DNA of 64,000 nucleotides from Acidimicrobiales bacterium (GCA_029247365.1 JAQWLJ010000046.1:11158-75157); one strand, 5' to 3'. Numbered from the stretch's first letter, positions 29,846-40,135 are shown. A program made the numbers and translations. Notes: generated by a model not told the origin, from the sequence alone.

Positions 29846-30904
29846 TCAGGTCCGGTCTAGCCGGCTGAGGATCTCCCGGAAGGCATCAGCATCAGCAGGG
29901 CTGTTGACGGGGACCGAGAACTCGATACGGTCGACGCGGTCGGAGAACCGCTCGTTAAGGCGGTCGGGAATCTGGTCGTAGGTCCCAATGATGGCGACGG
30001 CGTGGAGCATCTCGTCATCGACAAGATCGGGCATCTCGTCCCACCGGCCCGCCCGGCTGTATTCGCTCGCCTCCCGAGCCTGATCTTCCCAGCCGTGAAT
30101 CGCAAAGGCACGTCGATACGACGGAGTCGACAGGTAGAACGCGGTACGGGCCCGCACCGTGCGGATCACCGCTTCGAGTCGGTCTTCGTCGGGAGCGGTC
30201 CCGATCAGCGGCTTGATGCACACCTCGCACTCGTCGACATTGCGATTCGCCCGGGCAGCACCCCGTGCGAGGTTCGGCAGGATCTCCTCATCGATGAACT
30301 TCGGTGTAACCACGGGGTGGAGTCGGATGCCGTCGGCACACTCCCCTGCCATGGCCGTCATGTTGGGGCCGATGACCGCGACATGGACAGGGATATCGGG
30401 ATAGTCGACCGGACCCGGATCGAACAGCGGGACCATCAGGTTGAGTTTGTAGTGCTCGCTCTCGAACTCGAGCGGCGTGCGTTCCTGCCAGCTCTGCCAT
30501 ACCGCCCGCATCGCCCCGATGTAGTCGCGCATCCACGGCGCGGGCGCGTGCCAGTCGAGGCCGAACCGTCGTTGGATGTGGGCCCGCACCTGGGTGCCGA
30601 GGCCAAGCATGAAGCGACCGCTGCTGAGCTTCGACAACGACCACGCCGACATGGCGGTGGTGGTCGGGCTGCGCGGGAATGCCATCGCAACCGACGTACC
30701 CAACTGGATCCGCTCGGTTGTGCTGGCGCCAAGCGCCATCATCTGAAACGGGTCGTCCTTGGTCTCCTCGACAAGCACCGCATCGAGACCGATGTCCTCG
30801 GCTACGGTGGCGAGTCGAGCGAAATCGCGGATATCAAGGGGCGTGTCGGGCTCGCGCAGCCCGGGGTCGAGCTTGCCGAGCGGGAGCAGCGATTCGATCT
30901 TCAT
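29846..30904 (-). CDS. Luciferase-like (LLM class, probably F420-dependent) oxidoreductase
   Basis: About 352 aa TIM-barrel LLM pattern (…GLDAVLVEETKDDPF…LGTSVAMAFPRSP…RFMLGLG…). Start taken at the internal ATG (MKIESLL). Confidence 0.82.
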   Translation of the reverse strand: MKIESLLPLGKLDPGLREPDTPLDIRDFARLATVAEDIGLDAVLVEETKDDPFQMMALGASTTERIQLGTSVAMAFPRSPTTTAMSAWSLSKLSSGRFMLGLGTQVRAHIQRRFGLDWHAPAPWMRDYIGAMRAVWQSWQERTPLEFESEHYKLNLMVPLFDPGPVDYPDIPVHVAVIGPNMTAMAGECADGIRLHPVVTPKFIDEEILPNLARGAARANRNVDECEVCIKPLIGTAPDEDRLEAVIRTVRARTAFYLSTPSYRRAFAIHGWEDQAREASEYSRAGRWDEMPDLVDDEMLHAVAIIGTYDQIPDRLNERFSDRVDRIEFSVPVNSPADADAFREILSRLDRT

Positions 30905-30977
30905 CGAGACGCACTGTAGTTGGGAAGCTGTGTCTGGCTCCCGAACCAACCGGGCGTGGGAACTACCCTCGGATCCG

Positions 30978-31442
30978 ATGCCACTTCGAGTCTTCCTGAC
31001 CCATAGCCCCGAGGACCTCGAGGCGGACTTCGGGAGAGCACTCCCCGAGCTCGAACCCACAGTGGCTGTGATCGCCGACCACGATTGGCACATCCAGCTT
31101 CAGCTCCACGGCAACGACCTCGGCGCCTTCGTCGAGCGGCTGCTCGCCCGACCAACGGACCTCGTGATCGACCACGTTGGCCGCATCATGCCGCCTCGGG
31201 GTCTCACGTCGCCCGGAGTCACGGCGCTGTGTCGACTCGTCGACCCTGGCCGCTGCCACGTGAAACTCTCGACACCCTATGAGGGGTCAATCCTTCCTCG
31301 TCCCCACGATGATGTCGCGGTGCTCGTTCACGAGCTGATCCGTATCGCTCCCGAGCGGATGCTGTGGGCCAGCAACTGGCCGCACCCCGGCCAAGCCAAA
31401 CCAACGACAATCGATGACCTCTGCGACTGGCGTGCGGCGTAG
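30978..31442 (+). pseudogene. 5'-truncated amidohydrolase-2 (LigI/2-pyrone-4,6-dicarboxylate hydrolase-like) fragment
   Basis: Only the C-terminal half of the fold is present (…DWHIQLQ…VIDHVGR…CHVKLS…MLWASNWPHPG). The region where the N-terminal HxH part should lie is occupied by the divergent LLM gene start (30904). Confidence 0.55.
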
Positions 31443-31519
31443 ATTCCCGCTGAGCTGCAGACCATGATCCTGGTCGACAACCCTGGCCGCGTGTACGGCT
31501 TCCCACCGGTGGAGAACCA

Positions 31520-32314
31520 ATGATTGATCCGAAGGCCGCCCCAGATACCGAGTACGCCCGGTATCTCTCACCGGTCGATCGCCCCTGCCTGGTGACCGGT
31601 GGCGCCGACGGCATCGGCGCTGCGGTGGTCGAGGCGCTGGCCAGGCAAGGTGCGAACGTTGCGTTTCTCGACCTCCAAACCGACAAGGCAGCCGAGGTCG
31701 CAACGCGCTGTGTCGATGCCGACACCGCTCACGCACCGATCTACCGGATCGTCGACCTGCGCAACATCGACGCAATGCAGGCTGCGGTCGCAGAGATGGC
31801 CGCTGAGATCGGCAACTTCGCCGTACTGGTCAACAATGCAGCCAGCGATGATCGCCACACGTGGCAGGAGATGACACCCGACTACTGGGATGATCGCCTC
31901 AACACGAATCTGCTGCATCAGTTCTTCACGATCCAGGCGGTGGCACCGGCGATGATCAGCGCAGAGCGCGGTTCGATCATCAACATTGGATCGAGCAGCT
32001 ACATGATGCAGGAGGACTTTTTCCCCGGTTACGCAATTGCGAAGTCAGGCATCGAAGGGATCACACAGACCATGGCCCGTACCTTCGGACCCCACGGGAT
32101 TCGGGTCAATACCGTGCTGCCCGGTTGGGTCGCCACCGAACGCCAGCTCGACAAGTGGTGGTCGCCCGAGGGAGAGGCGGGCACACTCGCCGAACAAGCG
32201 ATCAAGCGCCGGATCTATGCCAAAGAGTTCGCCCAGATGGTCCTCTTCTTGGCCGCCGACGACGGCGCCGCCTGCACCGCTCAGCAGTTCCTGGTCGACG
32301 GAGGTCGCCGATGA
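31520..32314 (+). CDS. SDR-family oxidoreductase
   Basis: TGGADGIGAA (TGxxxGxG), NNAA and YAIAKSG (YxxxK). Confidence 0.9.
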   Translation: MIDPKAAPDTEYARYLSPVDRPCLVTGGADGIGAAVVEALARQGANVAFLDLQTDKAAEVATRCVDADTAHAPIYRIVDLRNIDAMQAAVAEMAAEIGNFAVLVNNAASDDRHTWQEMTPDYWDDRLNTNLLHQFFTIQAVAPAMISAERGSIINIGSSSYMMQEDFFPGYAIAKSGIEGITQTMARTFGPHGIRVNTVLPGWVATERQLDKWWSPEGEAGTLAEQAIKRRIYAKEFAQMVLFLAADDGAACTAQQFLVDGGRR

Positions 32315-33081
32315 TCGACATCAACGACGAGGGCCGAGTCCGCACGATCACGTTCCGCCGCCCCGAAGCCAAGAACGCCATGAACACCACAATGTGGGAC
32401 AGCACCACCGAGGCCTTCCTCGCCGCAACCAACGACCCCAGCGTCGCCGTCGTCGTACTGACCGGCAGCGGGGACTCGTTCTCCGCCGGCCAGGACCTCC
32501 TCGAGATGGCTGCCATGGCAACCGGCAATGGCCCCAAACAACAGCACGGGTTCGCCGGGCTCTGTCGCACACTCATCGATTTCCCGAAGCCACTCATCCT
32601 CGGCGTGAACGGTCTCGGGCTCGGCTTCGGGGTCACCATCCTCGGGCTCGCCGATCTTGTGTTCGCATCGACGAACGCCCGTTTCAGGTGTCCGTTCACC
32701 GGGTTGGGTGTCGCTCCGGAACTGGCGAGCAGTGTCACATTCCCCCGCCTGCTCGGCCGCCAGCAGGCAAGCTGGGTTCTCATGAGTAGTGAGTGGATCG
32801 ATGCCAAGCAAGCGCATGAGATGGGCTTGGTGTTCAAGGTCTGTAAACCCGACGAACTGATGGATCACACCATGAGTGCCGCCCGCACCCTGGCCGCAAA
32901 GCCAATCAGCTCGCTGGTCGAGACCAAGGCCACGATCATGGAGTCGATCCGACCCGTCCTCCATGCCGCGCACGAACGAGAGAACGCCGCCTTCGCCACA
33001 CTGATGGGCAGCCCGGCCAACATCGAAGCGATGACCGCATTCGCCGAAAAGCGCGAACCGAACTTCGACGGAATCGACTGA
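32311..33081 (+). CDS. Enoyl-CoA hydratase/isomerase family protein
   Basis: RRPEAKNAMN, GSGDSFSAGQDL and the crotonase fold. The ATG overlaps the SDR stop (ATGA). Confidence 0.9.
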   Translation: MIDINDEGRVRTITFRRPEAKNAMNTTMWDSTTEAFLAATNDPSVAVVVLTGSGDSFSAGQDLLEMAAMATGNGPKQQHGFAGLCRTLIDFPKPLILGVNGLGLGFGVTILGLADLVFASTNARFRCPFTGLGVAPELASSVTFPRLLGRQQASWVLMSSEWIDAKQAHEMGLVFKVCKPDELMDHTMSAARTLAAKPISSLVETKATIMESIRPVLHAAHERENAAFATLMGSPANIEAMTAFAEKREPNFDGID

Positions 33082-33082
33082 C

Positions 33083-33424
33083 ATGCACGACGAACCCGAT
33101 GCGGTGACGCTGCTGGAAGCAATGGCCACTACGTTGAGCGATAGCGTCGTACCAGCCCTGAGCGGCGGTGTTCAACACGAAGCCCGGGTCGTCGCCAACC
33201 TCTGCCGCATTCTCGCCCGTGAGCTCGCCGAGGCCGGCCCCGATCGCGACATGTACGCCGCCTTACTCGGCCACGACGGCCAACTCGCCGACCTTGCAGC
33301 CGAACTCGACCATGTGATCGTGTCGGGCAAGGCGCCGCCGGAGACGCTGGCGGTTCTACTCGCCGATGTCACCCGTCGCGCCGAGATCACCAAGCCCGGC
33401 TACACGTTCACCGATGGCACCTGA
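33083..33424 (+). CDS. Small helical protein (DUF6285-like) that typically precedes APH-family kinases
   Basis: 113 aa (MHDEPDAVTLLEAMATTLSDSVVPAL…HEARVVANLCRILAREL). It starts 2 nt after the crotonase stop and overlaps the next gene. Confidence 0.55.
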   Translation: MHDEPDAVTLLEAMATTLSDSVVPALSGGVQHEARVVANLCRILARELAEAGPDRDMYAALLGHDGQLADLAAELDHVIVSGKAPPETLAVLLADVTRRAEITKPGYTFTDGT

Positions 33425-34388
33425 CCCCGCCGTCATCGCCGCTGGCCTATCTGAGCTGGCAGGTTGCCCGGTCACCGTCACCGGCGCAGCATCGCTCGGC
33501 GCTCAGCGCTCGACCCTGTTCATCGACCTCGCTCGCCCTGGGGGCGTCGAGTCTGCGGTTGCCCAGATCAGCACAGGGGCAGTCGAAACGCGTTCAGTGA
33601 CCGCCGAAGCTGCGCTGATCACGACCGTTGGCCGCCACGGCGTCCCCGTGCCCACCGTGCACGCTGCGACCGACGAGCTTCCCGGCGTCGGGTTGCCCGC
33701 AATGATCGTGTCACGCGAAGAAGGGCGCACCATCCCGCGACACATCCTCCGAGCACTCCCGGACCGCGCCGCCGGCGACGAGTTGGCCAGACAGTGTGGA
33801 ACGGCACTTGCTGCGCTACACGCAATCGCTCCAACCGAAGCGCCCGAGGCCTTCGAAGACGTGAGCCCCGCACAGTTCGTCGAGTTGCAGACTCAACGCC
33901 TTGAGCTCCTGGGTCGGCCCAGGCCGGCCATCCGCTTCGGCCTCCGCTGGTTGGCCGACAACAAGCCCGCCCCCGTGCCATCGACGATCGTGCATGGCGA
34001 CCTGCGCAACGGCAACATCGTTGTGGACGACGATGGGCTAGTGGCAGTTCTCGACTGGGAGGTTGCCCAGCGCAGCGACCCGATGCAGGATCTCGCCTGG
34101 CTGTGCCTACGGACCTGGCGCTTCGGGTCCAACAATCGTCCGGTCGGCGGGTTCGGTGATCTCGATGCGCTCGTCGGGGGGTACGAGGCGGCTGGGGGAA
34201 CCTTCCGCCAGCACGCGTTCGACTGGTGGACTGCAGCCCGCTGCGCATGGTGGGCGATCGGCCTCGCCGCCCAAGCGCTGGCCTTCACCACGGGCCGGAC
34301 CGACGCGATCATGCTGGCAGCAAGCGGTCGCCGAGTTCCCGAACTCGAATTCGACCTCCTTGATCAGATCCGGCGAATCGCCCCCTGA
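33414..34388 (+). CDS. Phosphotransferase (APH/ChoK-like kinase) family protein
   Basis: Catalytic loop IVHGDLRNGNIVV and the VLDWE motif. Confidence 0.85.
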   Translation: MAPDPAVIAAGLSELAGCPVTVTGAASLGAQRSTLFIDLARPGGVESAVAQISTGAVETRSVTAEAALITTVGRHGVPVPTVHAATDELPGVGLPAMIVSREEGRTIPRHILRALPDRAAGDELARQCGTALAALHAIAPTEAPEAFEDVSPAQFVELQTQRLELLGRPRPAIRFGLRWLADNKPAPVPSTIVHGDLRNGNIVVDDDGLVAVLDWEVAQRSDPMQDLAWLCLRTWRFGSNNRPVGGFGDLDALVGGYEAAGGTFRQHAFDWWTAARCAWWAIGLAAQALAFTTGRTDAIMLAASGRRVPELEFDLLDQIRRIAP

Positions 34389-34664
34389 GCGAACTTGAGC
34401 CGTCTGAGTGGTTCGGCCCGATGAATCGACGATCGTGCAGCAGGGCCAGCACCACCGTGACCACACACGACAGCACCGACGCGGTCACCTCGCACAAACC
34501 GTCCACCGACCCCCACAGTCGGCTCTGCCCCGTCCTGCGCGATGAGCTCCACGGCCACCTCCGTGAACTCCCCCGTGCTCGATCCCCCCAACCACGATCT
34601 GAACGTTCCATATGGTCCACGGCTGCGACGCGAAGGCCCGTGGCCGACAGATAACGTCGCCCCG

Positions 34665-36011
34665 ATGGCTGACGCGACTCCCACGGACACCGCCAATAGG
34701 TCCGAGACGCACCCACTCAGCCGCAACTATCGCCGGCTCTTTGCGGCATCCACGATCTCGAACCTCGGCGACGGCATCGGCATCATCGCCTACCCGTGGC
34801 TCGCCACGGCGCTCACCCGCGATCCATTTCTGATCGCGCTTGTCGCAACGGTACAGCGGCTCCCGTGGCTGGTGTTCAGCCTGCCGGCCGGGGTCATCAC
34901 CGACCGCTACGAGCGCCGCAAACTGATGGTGTGGTCCAACATCGCCCGCACGATTCTTGCGCTCGCCGTCGCCTTCATCGTGCTCGGCGCTCAAGGCTCG
35001 CTCCCCGACGTTGATCGGCTGACCGACCCCGACCTCGTGCTCGACACCGACGTGCGCCTCTACGTCCTCTTGCTGATCGCCACGATGCTCTTCGGCATCG
35101 CCGAAGTCATCCACGACAACGCTGCCCAGACCTTCATGCCGGCAATCGTCGGTACCGATCAACTCGAGAAGGCAAACGGCCGCCTTTGGGGCGCCGAGAT
35201 GATTGCGAACACCTTCTCCGGTCCACCACTCGGTGCGTTCCTGATCGCCATCGCGTTCTCTCTGCCCTTCTTCATCGACTCGATCACGTTCGCCATCGCC
35301 GCACTCCTCGTCTGGCTGATTTCGGTTCCCAATCGAACCGCGCCCCCAGCGCTGGAAGATCGTCGGCCGTGGAAGACCGAGATGGCCGAGGGCATCCGGT
35401 GGTTGTGGAACCACGACTTCCTGCGCCACCTGGCGATCATTTTGGGCCTGTTAAACGCAATCGGCTCAATCACCTTTGCGGCGATGGTGCTATTCGCCCA
35501 GGAGGTCCTTGGCACCTCAGCGACCGAGTTCGCACTGCTCAACACCGGCGCAGCCATGGGTGGCATCGTTGGCGGCTGGACCGCGTCGGCCCTCTCGAAA
35601 CGGATCGGCACCGGCCCGTCGCTGTACCTCACACTGATCGGCGGTGGCGTCACCTCGCTCGTGATCGGCTTGGCCGGCTGGTGGCCGATGGTGTGGCTGA
35701 TGTTCGCCATCTATACGGGCCTCGGCACCGTGTGGAACGTAATCACCGTCAGCCTGCGTCAGACCATCATCCCTGATGAGCTCCTCGGCCGGGTCAATAG
35801 CGTCTACCGATTCTTTGCGTGGGGGATGATCCCGATTGGTTCGCTCATTGGCGGCGTCATGGTCGTCGGCATCGACGCAACCGCATCCCGTGAACTCGCA
35901 CTCCGCTTCCCATGGTTTGCAGCGGCCGCTCTCCACCTCGTGCTTTTCGTTTATGCCGCTCCAAAACTCACCACGGCAAGGATCGAGGGAGCCCGGGCCG
36001 GGCACGACTAG
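34665..36011 (+). CDS. MFS transporter
   Basis: About 12 hydrophobic segments with an MFS-type loop motif (GVITDRYERRKLM). Start chosen at MADATPTD. Confidence 0.85.
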   Translation: MADATPTDTANRSETHPLSRNYRRLFAASTISNLGDGIGIIAYPWLATALTRDPFLIALVATVQRLPWLVFSLPAGVITDRYERRKLMVWSNIARTILALAVAFIVLGAQGSLPDVDRLTDPDLVLDTDVRLYVLLLIATMLFGIAEVIHDNAAQTFMPAIVGTDQLEKANGRLWGAEMIANTFSGPPLGAFLIAIAFSLPFFIDSITFAIAALLVWLISVPNRTAPPALEDRRPWKTEMAEGIRWLWNHDFLRHLAIILGLLNAIGSITFAAMVLFAQEVLGTSATEFALLNTGAAMGGIVGGWTASALSKRIGTGPSLYLTLIGGGVTSLVIGLAGWWPMVWLMFAIYTGLGTVWNVITVSLRQTIIPDELLGRVNSVYRFFAWGMIPIGSLIGGVMVVGIDATASRELALRFPWFAAAALHLVLFVYAAPKLTTARIEGARAGHD

Positions 36012-36022
36012 CGTCCTCCGTT

Positions 36023-37315
36023 ATGGCGGCTCGTATCCCCCGGCTCCTCCGAACCCTCCTTGGCCCTGCGCTAGCCGCCGCCGTCCTCGCACCCACTCCC
36101 GCCGCTGCGAACCCGAAGGTCGACGCTGTCGTAGAGTTCGGCGCAGCGCTTGCGCCCGAGCAGATGGTGCGGGCTTTCGACGAGGCCCGGTTGCCCAACC
36201 TCCGAACCTCTGATCTCGAGCCGCCCGCCGTGACCGGCGATGCCGAGCTCGATGAGCACATCCGTGACCTCGGCGAGGCCCGCGGGTATGTCCGTCGCCC
36301 CGAGCCAAGCGGAGCGCTCACCTCTGCTGATGGCCGACTGCTGCAGCCAAGTGCCGCTGCAGCATGGGAACAACTCCAAGCGGCTGCGGCCGCCACCGGC
36401 CACTCGATCGACATCACCTCGGGCTACCGAAGTGCTGCCAGCCAGCGCACAATCTGGCTTGACCGCATGTTCGGGACATCCGACGAAGCCCTCGATTTTT
36501 TGATGCAAATGGTGGCTGTTCCCGGCTACTCAAAGCACCACACGGGTTACGCCATCGATCTGCGGAGCGGGGCGGCGACGCTCTACGCCTTCCAGGACAC
36601 TGCGGCCTACGCGTGGCTGAGCGAGAACAATTTCGCCAACGCGCTCTCGTACGGATGGCTCCCGAGCTACCCGGTGGGGGCCGAAAACATCGGCCCCAGT
36701 CCGGAGCCCTGGGAGTTTGTCTACGTCGGCCTCGACAATATTTTATGCATCGACTTTGATCCGAAGGCCGACCCCAATCGACCATTCTGCGACACGGTCG
36801 GCAGCACCTTTGCCGACGACATCGCGTGGCTCCAGCGCACCGGTATTACCACCGGCTGCGATGCCATCCGCTTCTGCACCAATGACACGGCCACGCGGGC
36901 CGAGGCAGCAACGTTCCTGTGGCGACTCTTTGGGATGGTCGAACCCGACCCGGCCTTCGAGCTCACCTTCAACGACATCGCCGACGGGCAGTACTTCACC
37001 GACCCAGTGAGGTGGATGGTCGACAACGGGTTCACCACTGGCACCACACCGACGACGTTCTCTCCCTTCGATACCCTCACGCGGGCTCAGTTCGTCACAT
37101 TTCTGTGGCGCGCCGCCGGCCGTCCCAACCCGATGAGCCCACTGGAGTTCGACGACGTCGATCCTGAGCACTACGCATCGACTGCGATCGCGTGGGCGAA
37201 GTTTGTCGGCATCACCAACGGTACGTCGCTCAGCGAATTCTCACCCGACGCGTCAACGACCAGGGGCCAGATCGCAGCGTTCCTGCATCGCTTCGTCGAC
37301 CTCGTGCCGCGTTAA
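36023..37315 (+). CDS. Secreted M15B (VanY-like D,D-carboxypeptidase) with three C-terminal SLH repeats
   Basis: Signal peptide MAARIPRLLRTLLGPALAAAVLAPTPAAA and zinc motif YSKHHTGYAIDL. Three SLH-like repeats end in TRAEAATFLWRLFG, TRAQFVTFLWRAAG and TRGQIAAFLHRFV. Confidence 0.85.
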   Translation: MAARIPRLLRTLLGPALAAAVLAPTPAAANPKVDAVVEFGAALAPEQMVRAFDEARLPNLRTSDLEPPAVTGDAELDEHIRDLGEARGYVRRPEPSGALTSADGRLLQPSAAAAWEQLQAAAAATGHSIDITSGYRSAASQRTIWLDRMFGTSDEALDFLMQMVAVPGYSKHHTGYAIDLRSGAATLYAFQDTAAYAWLSENNFANALSYGWLPSYPVGAENIGPSPEPWEFVYVGLDNILCIDFDPKADPNRPFCDTVGSTFADDIAWLQRTGITTGCDAIRFCTNDTATRAEAATFLWRLFGMVEPDPAFELTFNDIADGQYFTDPVRWMVDNGFTTGTTPTTFSPFDTLTRAQFVTFLWRAAGRPNPMSPLEFDDVDPEHYASTAIAWAKFVGITNGTSLSEFSPDASTTRGQIAAFLHRFVDLVPR

Positions 37316-37411
37316 CAAACGGGGACTTGGCCGGGACCGAGACGAGACAGGCGTTGCCGCTGTTCAACCACGACCTGACCCACCACCGATCGAACCTGCG
37401 TGTCCGCTGAC

Positions 37412-37795
37412 TCAGCGATCGCGACGCCTGGCCATCAAGTCGATCTCGACGGCGGCGCCAAGTGGAAGTGCCGCCACACCAATCGTGGTGCGGGCCGGAT
37501 ACGGCTCGTCAAAGTGCTCGGCATACGCCTCGTTCATGGTCGCGAAGTCATCCATATCGGTGAGGTAGACGTTGACCTTCACCACGTCGGACGCATCAAG
37601 GCCATCGTCCGCAAGCACGGCCAAGAGGTTTGCGAAGCACTGGCGGGTCTGACCCCCCGCGCCCCCACCCACAAGCTCACCGGTCGACGGGTCAAGCGGC
37701 GTCTGCCCCGACAACAAAACGAAGGGGTCACTCGCGATCCCGTGGCTGTATGGCCCGACGGCCTTGGCTGCCTCACTCGTCAACGGCTTGCGCAT
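37412..37795 (-). CDS. ridA: RidA/YjgF family reactive-intermediate deaminase
   Basis: AVGPYSHG … PARTTIGVAALPLGAAVEID. 127 aa from the internal ATG. Confidence 0.9.
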   Translation of the reverse strand: MRKPLTSEAAKAVGPYSHGIASDPFVLLSGQTPLDPSTGELVGGGAGGQTRQCFANLLAVLADDGLDASDVVKVNVYLTDMDDFATMNEAYAEHFDEPYPARTTIGVAALPLGAAVEIDLMARRRDR

Positions 37796-37817
37796 AGGGC
37801 GAGCGTAGGCTGCGTGG

Positions 37818-39425
37818 GTGGCACTAACCCTCGAAGACCTCACCTTCGACAACCGATTCACCGAGGACCTGCCGGGTGATCCAATGGATCTCAACCGACC
37901 GCGCCAGGTGCACCACGCCGCTTACAGCCGCGTCGCGCCAACACCGACCTCGTCGCCGCGACTGCTCGCCCACTCAGCAGAAGTGCTCGCCGACCTCGGC
38001 CTATCACCCAAAGTATTCGAGACCGATGAGTTCCTCCGGGTGTTCTCCGGCAACGCCACCATCGACGCTATGGAGCCCTACGCGGCGTGCTACGGCGGAC
38101 ACCAATTCGGGAACTGGGCTGGCCAGTTAGGTGATGGCCGAGCGATTGCGCTCGGTGAGATCGTCACCGACGCCGATGTGCGCCATACGCTGCAGCTCAA
38201 GGGGGCCGGGCCAACGCCCTACAGCCGAACCGCCGACGGTCTTGCCGTCCTACGAAGCTCGGCGCGCGAGTTCCTCTGCAGCGAGGCGATGTTCCACCTC
38301 GGCGTGCCGACCACGCGTGCGCTCAGCCTCGCCACCACCGGCGATCACGTGATGCGCGACATGTTCTACGACGGTAACCCCGAGCGGGAGCAAGGCGCCG
38401 TCGTCTGCCGGGTAGCACCGTCGTTCATTCGCTTCGGTAACTTCGAGCTTCCAATGTCGCGCGACGACGGCGATCTCCTCCGAGCGCTCGCCGACCACAC
38501 GATCAGCCTGCACTTCCCCAATATCGCCGACGGCCGGACCACGGGATTCACCGCCGACGACTACGTGACTTGGTTTGCCGAAGTCGCCCGCCGCACCGCC
38601 GACATGATCGTCCACTGGCAACGCGTCGGGTTCGTCCACGGCGTTATGAACACCGACAACATGTCGATCCATGGTCTCACCATCGACTACGGCCCTTACG
38701 GCTGGCTCGAGGACTACGACCCAGGTTGGACGCCAAACACCACCGACCGACAATTCAAGCGCTACCGCTTCGGTGCCCAACCCCACATCGGCCAGTGGAA
38801 TATCACCCAGCTCGCCAACGCCATTTATCCGCTGGTCGGCGACATCGAACCACTCCAGGAGGCACTCACGGCTTACGTCGATGTGTTCAACCACGACTGG
38901 CCGCGGATGATGGCCGCCAAGCTGGGCATCGCCGAGTTCGACGAGGCTCGTGACCCGGACCTCATCCATGACCTACTCGAGCACCTGCCGACGATCGAGA
39001 CCGACATGACGGTCTTCTTTCGGTGCCTTGCCGATGTCTCGACGTCAACCGATGCCTCCGACGACGAACGTCTCGCTGCCCTCGCCGATGCCGACTACGA
39101 CCCGGGGCAGCGCACGGGAGATGCCCGCGAACTCCTGGCAGCGTGGCTGCGCGACTGGGCTTCACGCGTAGGCGAAGCGGGTCGTAGCGATGTCGACCGA
39201 GCCGCAGCGATGAACGCAGTGAACCCCAAGTTCGTTCTGCGCAACTATCTGGCGCAGTTGGCGATCGATGAGGCCGACAAGGGCGACCCCGCCCTCATCG
39301 GTGAACTCCTCGACGTGCTCCGTCGCCCTTACGACGAGCAACCTGACAAGGAGCGGTTCGCCGAGAAACGCCCTGAGTGGGCTCGGGTCCGTCCCGGTTG
39401 CTCGATGCTGAGCTGCTCGAGCTGA
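37818..39425 (+). CDS. selO: Protein adenylyltransferase SelO (YdiU/UPF0061)
   Basis: YGGHQFGNWAGQLGDGRAI, HGVMNTDNMSI and family length. GTG start. Confidence 0.92.
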   Translation: MALTLEDLTFDNRFTEDLPGDPMDLNRPRQVHHAAYSRVAPTPTSSPRLLAHSAEVLADLGLSPKVFETDEFLRVFSGNATIDAMEPYAACYGGHQFGNWAGQLGDGRAIALGEIVTDADVRHTLQLKGAGPTPYSRTADGLAVLRSSAREFLCSEAMFHLGVPTTRALSLATTGDHVMRDMFYDGNPEREQGAVVCRVAPSFIRFGNFELPMSRDDGDLLRALADHTISLHFPNIADGRTTGFTADDYVTWFAEVARRTADMIVHWQRVGFVHGVMNTDNMSIHGLTIDYGPYGWLEDYDPGWTPNTTDRQFKRYRFGAQPHIGQWNITQLANAIYPLVGDIEPLQEALTAYVDVFNHDWPRMMAAKLGIAEFDEARDPDLIHDLLEHLPTIETDMTVFFRCLADVSTSTDASDDERLAALADADYDPGQRTGDARELLAAWLRDWASRVGEAGRSDVDRAAAMNAVNPKFVLRNYLAQLAIDEADKGDPALIGELLDVLRRPYDEQPDKERFAEKRPEWARVRPGCSMLSCSS

Positions 39426-39433
39426 CGCTGACG

Positions 39434-40135
39434 TCAGGTGGCGGCTGCGACGAGCCAGCACACCGATGGGTCGACGCGGCCGGTCATCTCCGGGTGCCAC
39501 TGGACAGCAAGGACCGGCTTGCCAGGAATCTCGACCGCTTCGACAAGGCCATCGTCTGGGCCGCCGACTGTGACGCCGCTTGCAACGAGTTCAGGGGCCA
39601 CACGGTCGATGCCCTGGTGGTGCAGCGAGTTGACGTCAATCTCAACCCCGTAGACCTGCTGGCCGATGCTGCCATCGACGAATGCGACTCGATGGAACGC
39701 CTGATCGATCGGCAACGTTGCATCGGTGTGGGCAGGCACGTGCTGGTGCAGCGTGCCACCAAGGTGGACGTTGAGAACCTGCACGCCCCGGCACACGCCG
39801 AGAATCGGCAGATCGGCTTCCAGCGCAGCCTCCAGCAGGTCTCGCTCGTGAGCGTCTCGCTCCACACTCGGCGTGCCGAGAGCCGGATGCGGAGCCTGTC
39901 CGTACGCAGCAGGGTCGATATCGTCTCCACCGCTTAGGAGCAGCCCGTCGAGGTGGTTGAGAATCGACGGCGGAGAATCAGCCGGGATCCAAACCGGCGT
40001 CCCGCCAGCCTGCAGCACGGCCCGGGCATAGTCCCCGTAGAAGACATCGATGCTGCTCTCACGTAACACCTCGAGCACGTCGACCAGCGCCGTTGCCGAC
40101 CTCTGCTCTCCAGTGATGCCAATCAGCGGTGCCAT
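39434..40135 (-). CDS. Class I glutamine amidotransferase, gamma-glutamyl-GABA hydrolase (PuuD/peptidase C26) family
   Basis: Nucleophile elbow GVCRGVQVLNV and the distal SLHHQGID. Confidence 0.85.
   Translation of the reverse strand: MAPLIGITGEQRSATALVDVLEVLRESSIDVFYGDYARAVLQAGGTPVWIPADSPPSILNHLDGLLLSGGDDIDPAAYGQAPHPALGTPSVERDAHERDLLEAALEADLPILGVCRGVQVLNVHLGGTLHQHVPAHTDATLPIDQAFHRVAFVDGSIGQQVYGVEIDVNSLHHQGIDRVAPELVASGVTVGGPDDGLVEAVEIPGKPVLAVQWHPEMTGRVDPSVCWLVAAAT

Noticed and set aside
33083-34388. DUF6285-like plus APH-family kinase pair as something novel.
   Set aside because: This pair is a commonly seen association with acyl-CoA-metabolising genes in actinobacterial genomes. It is uncharacterised, but its presence here is not unusual.
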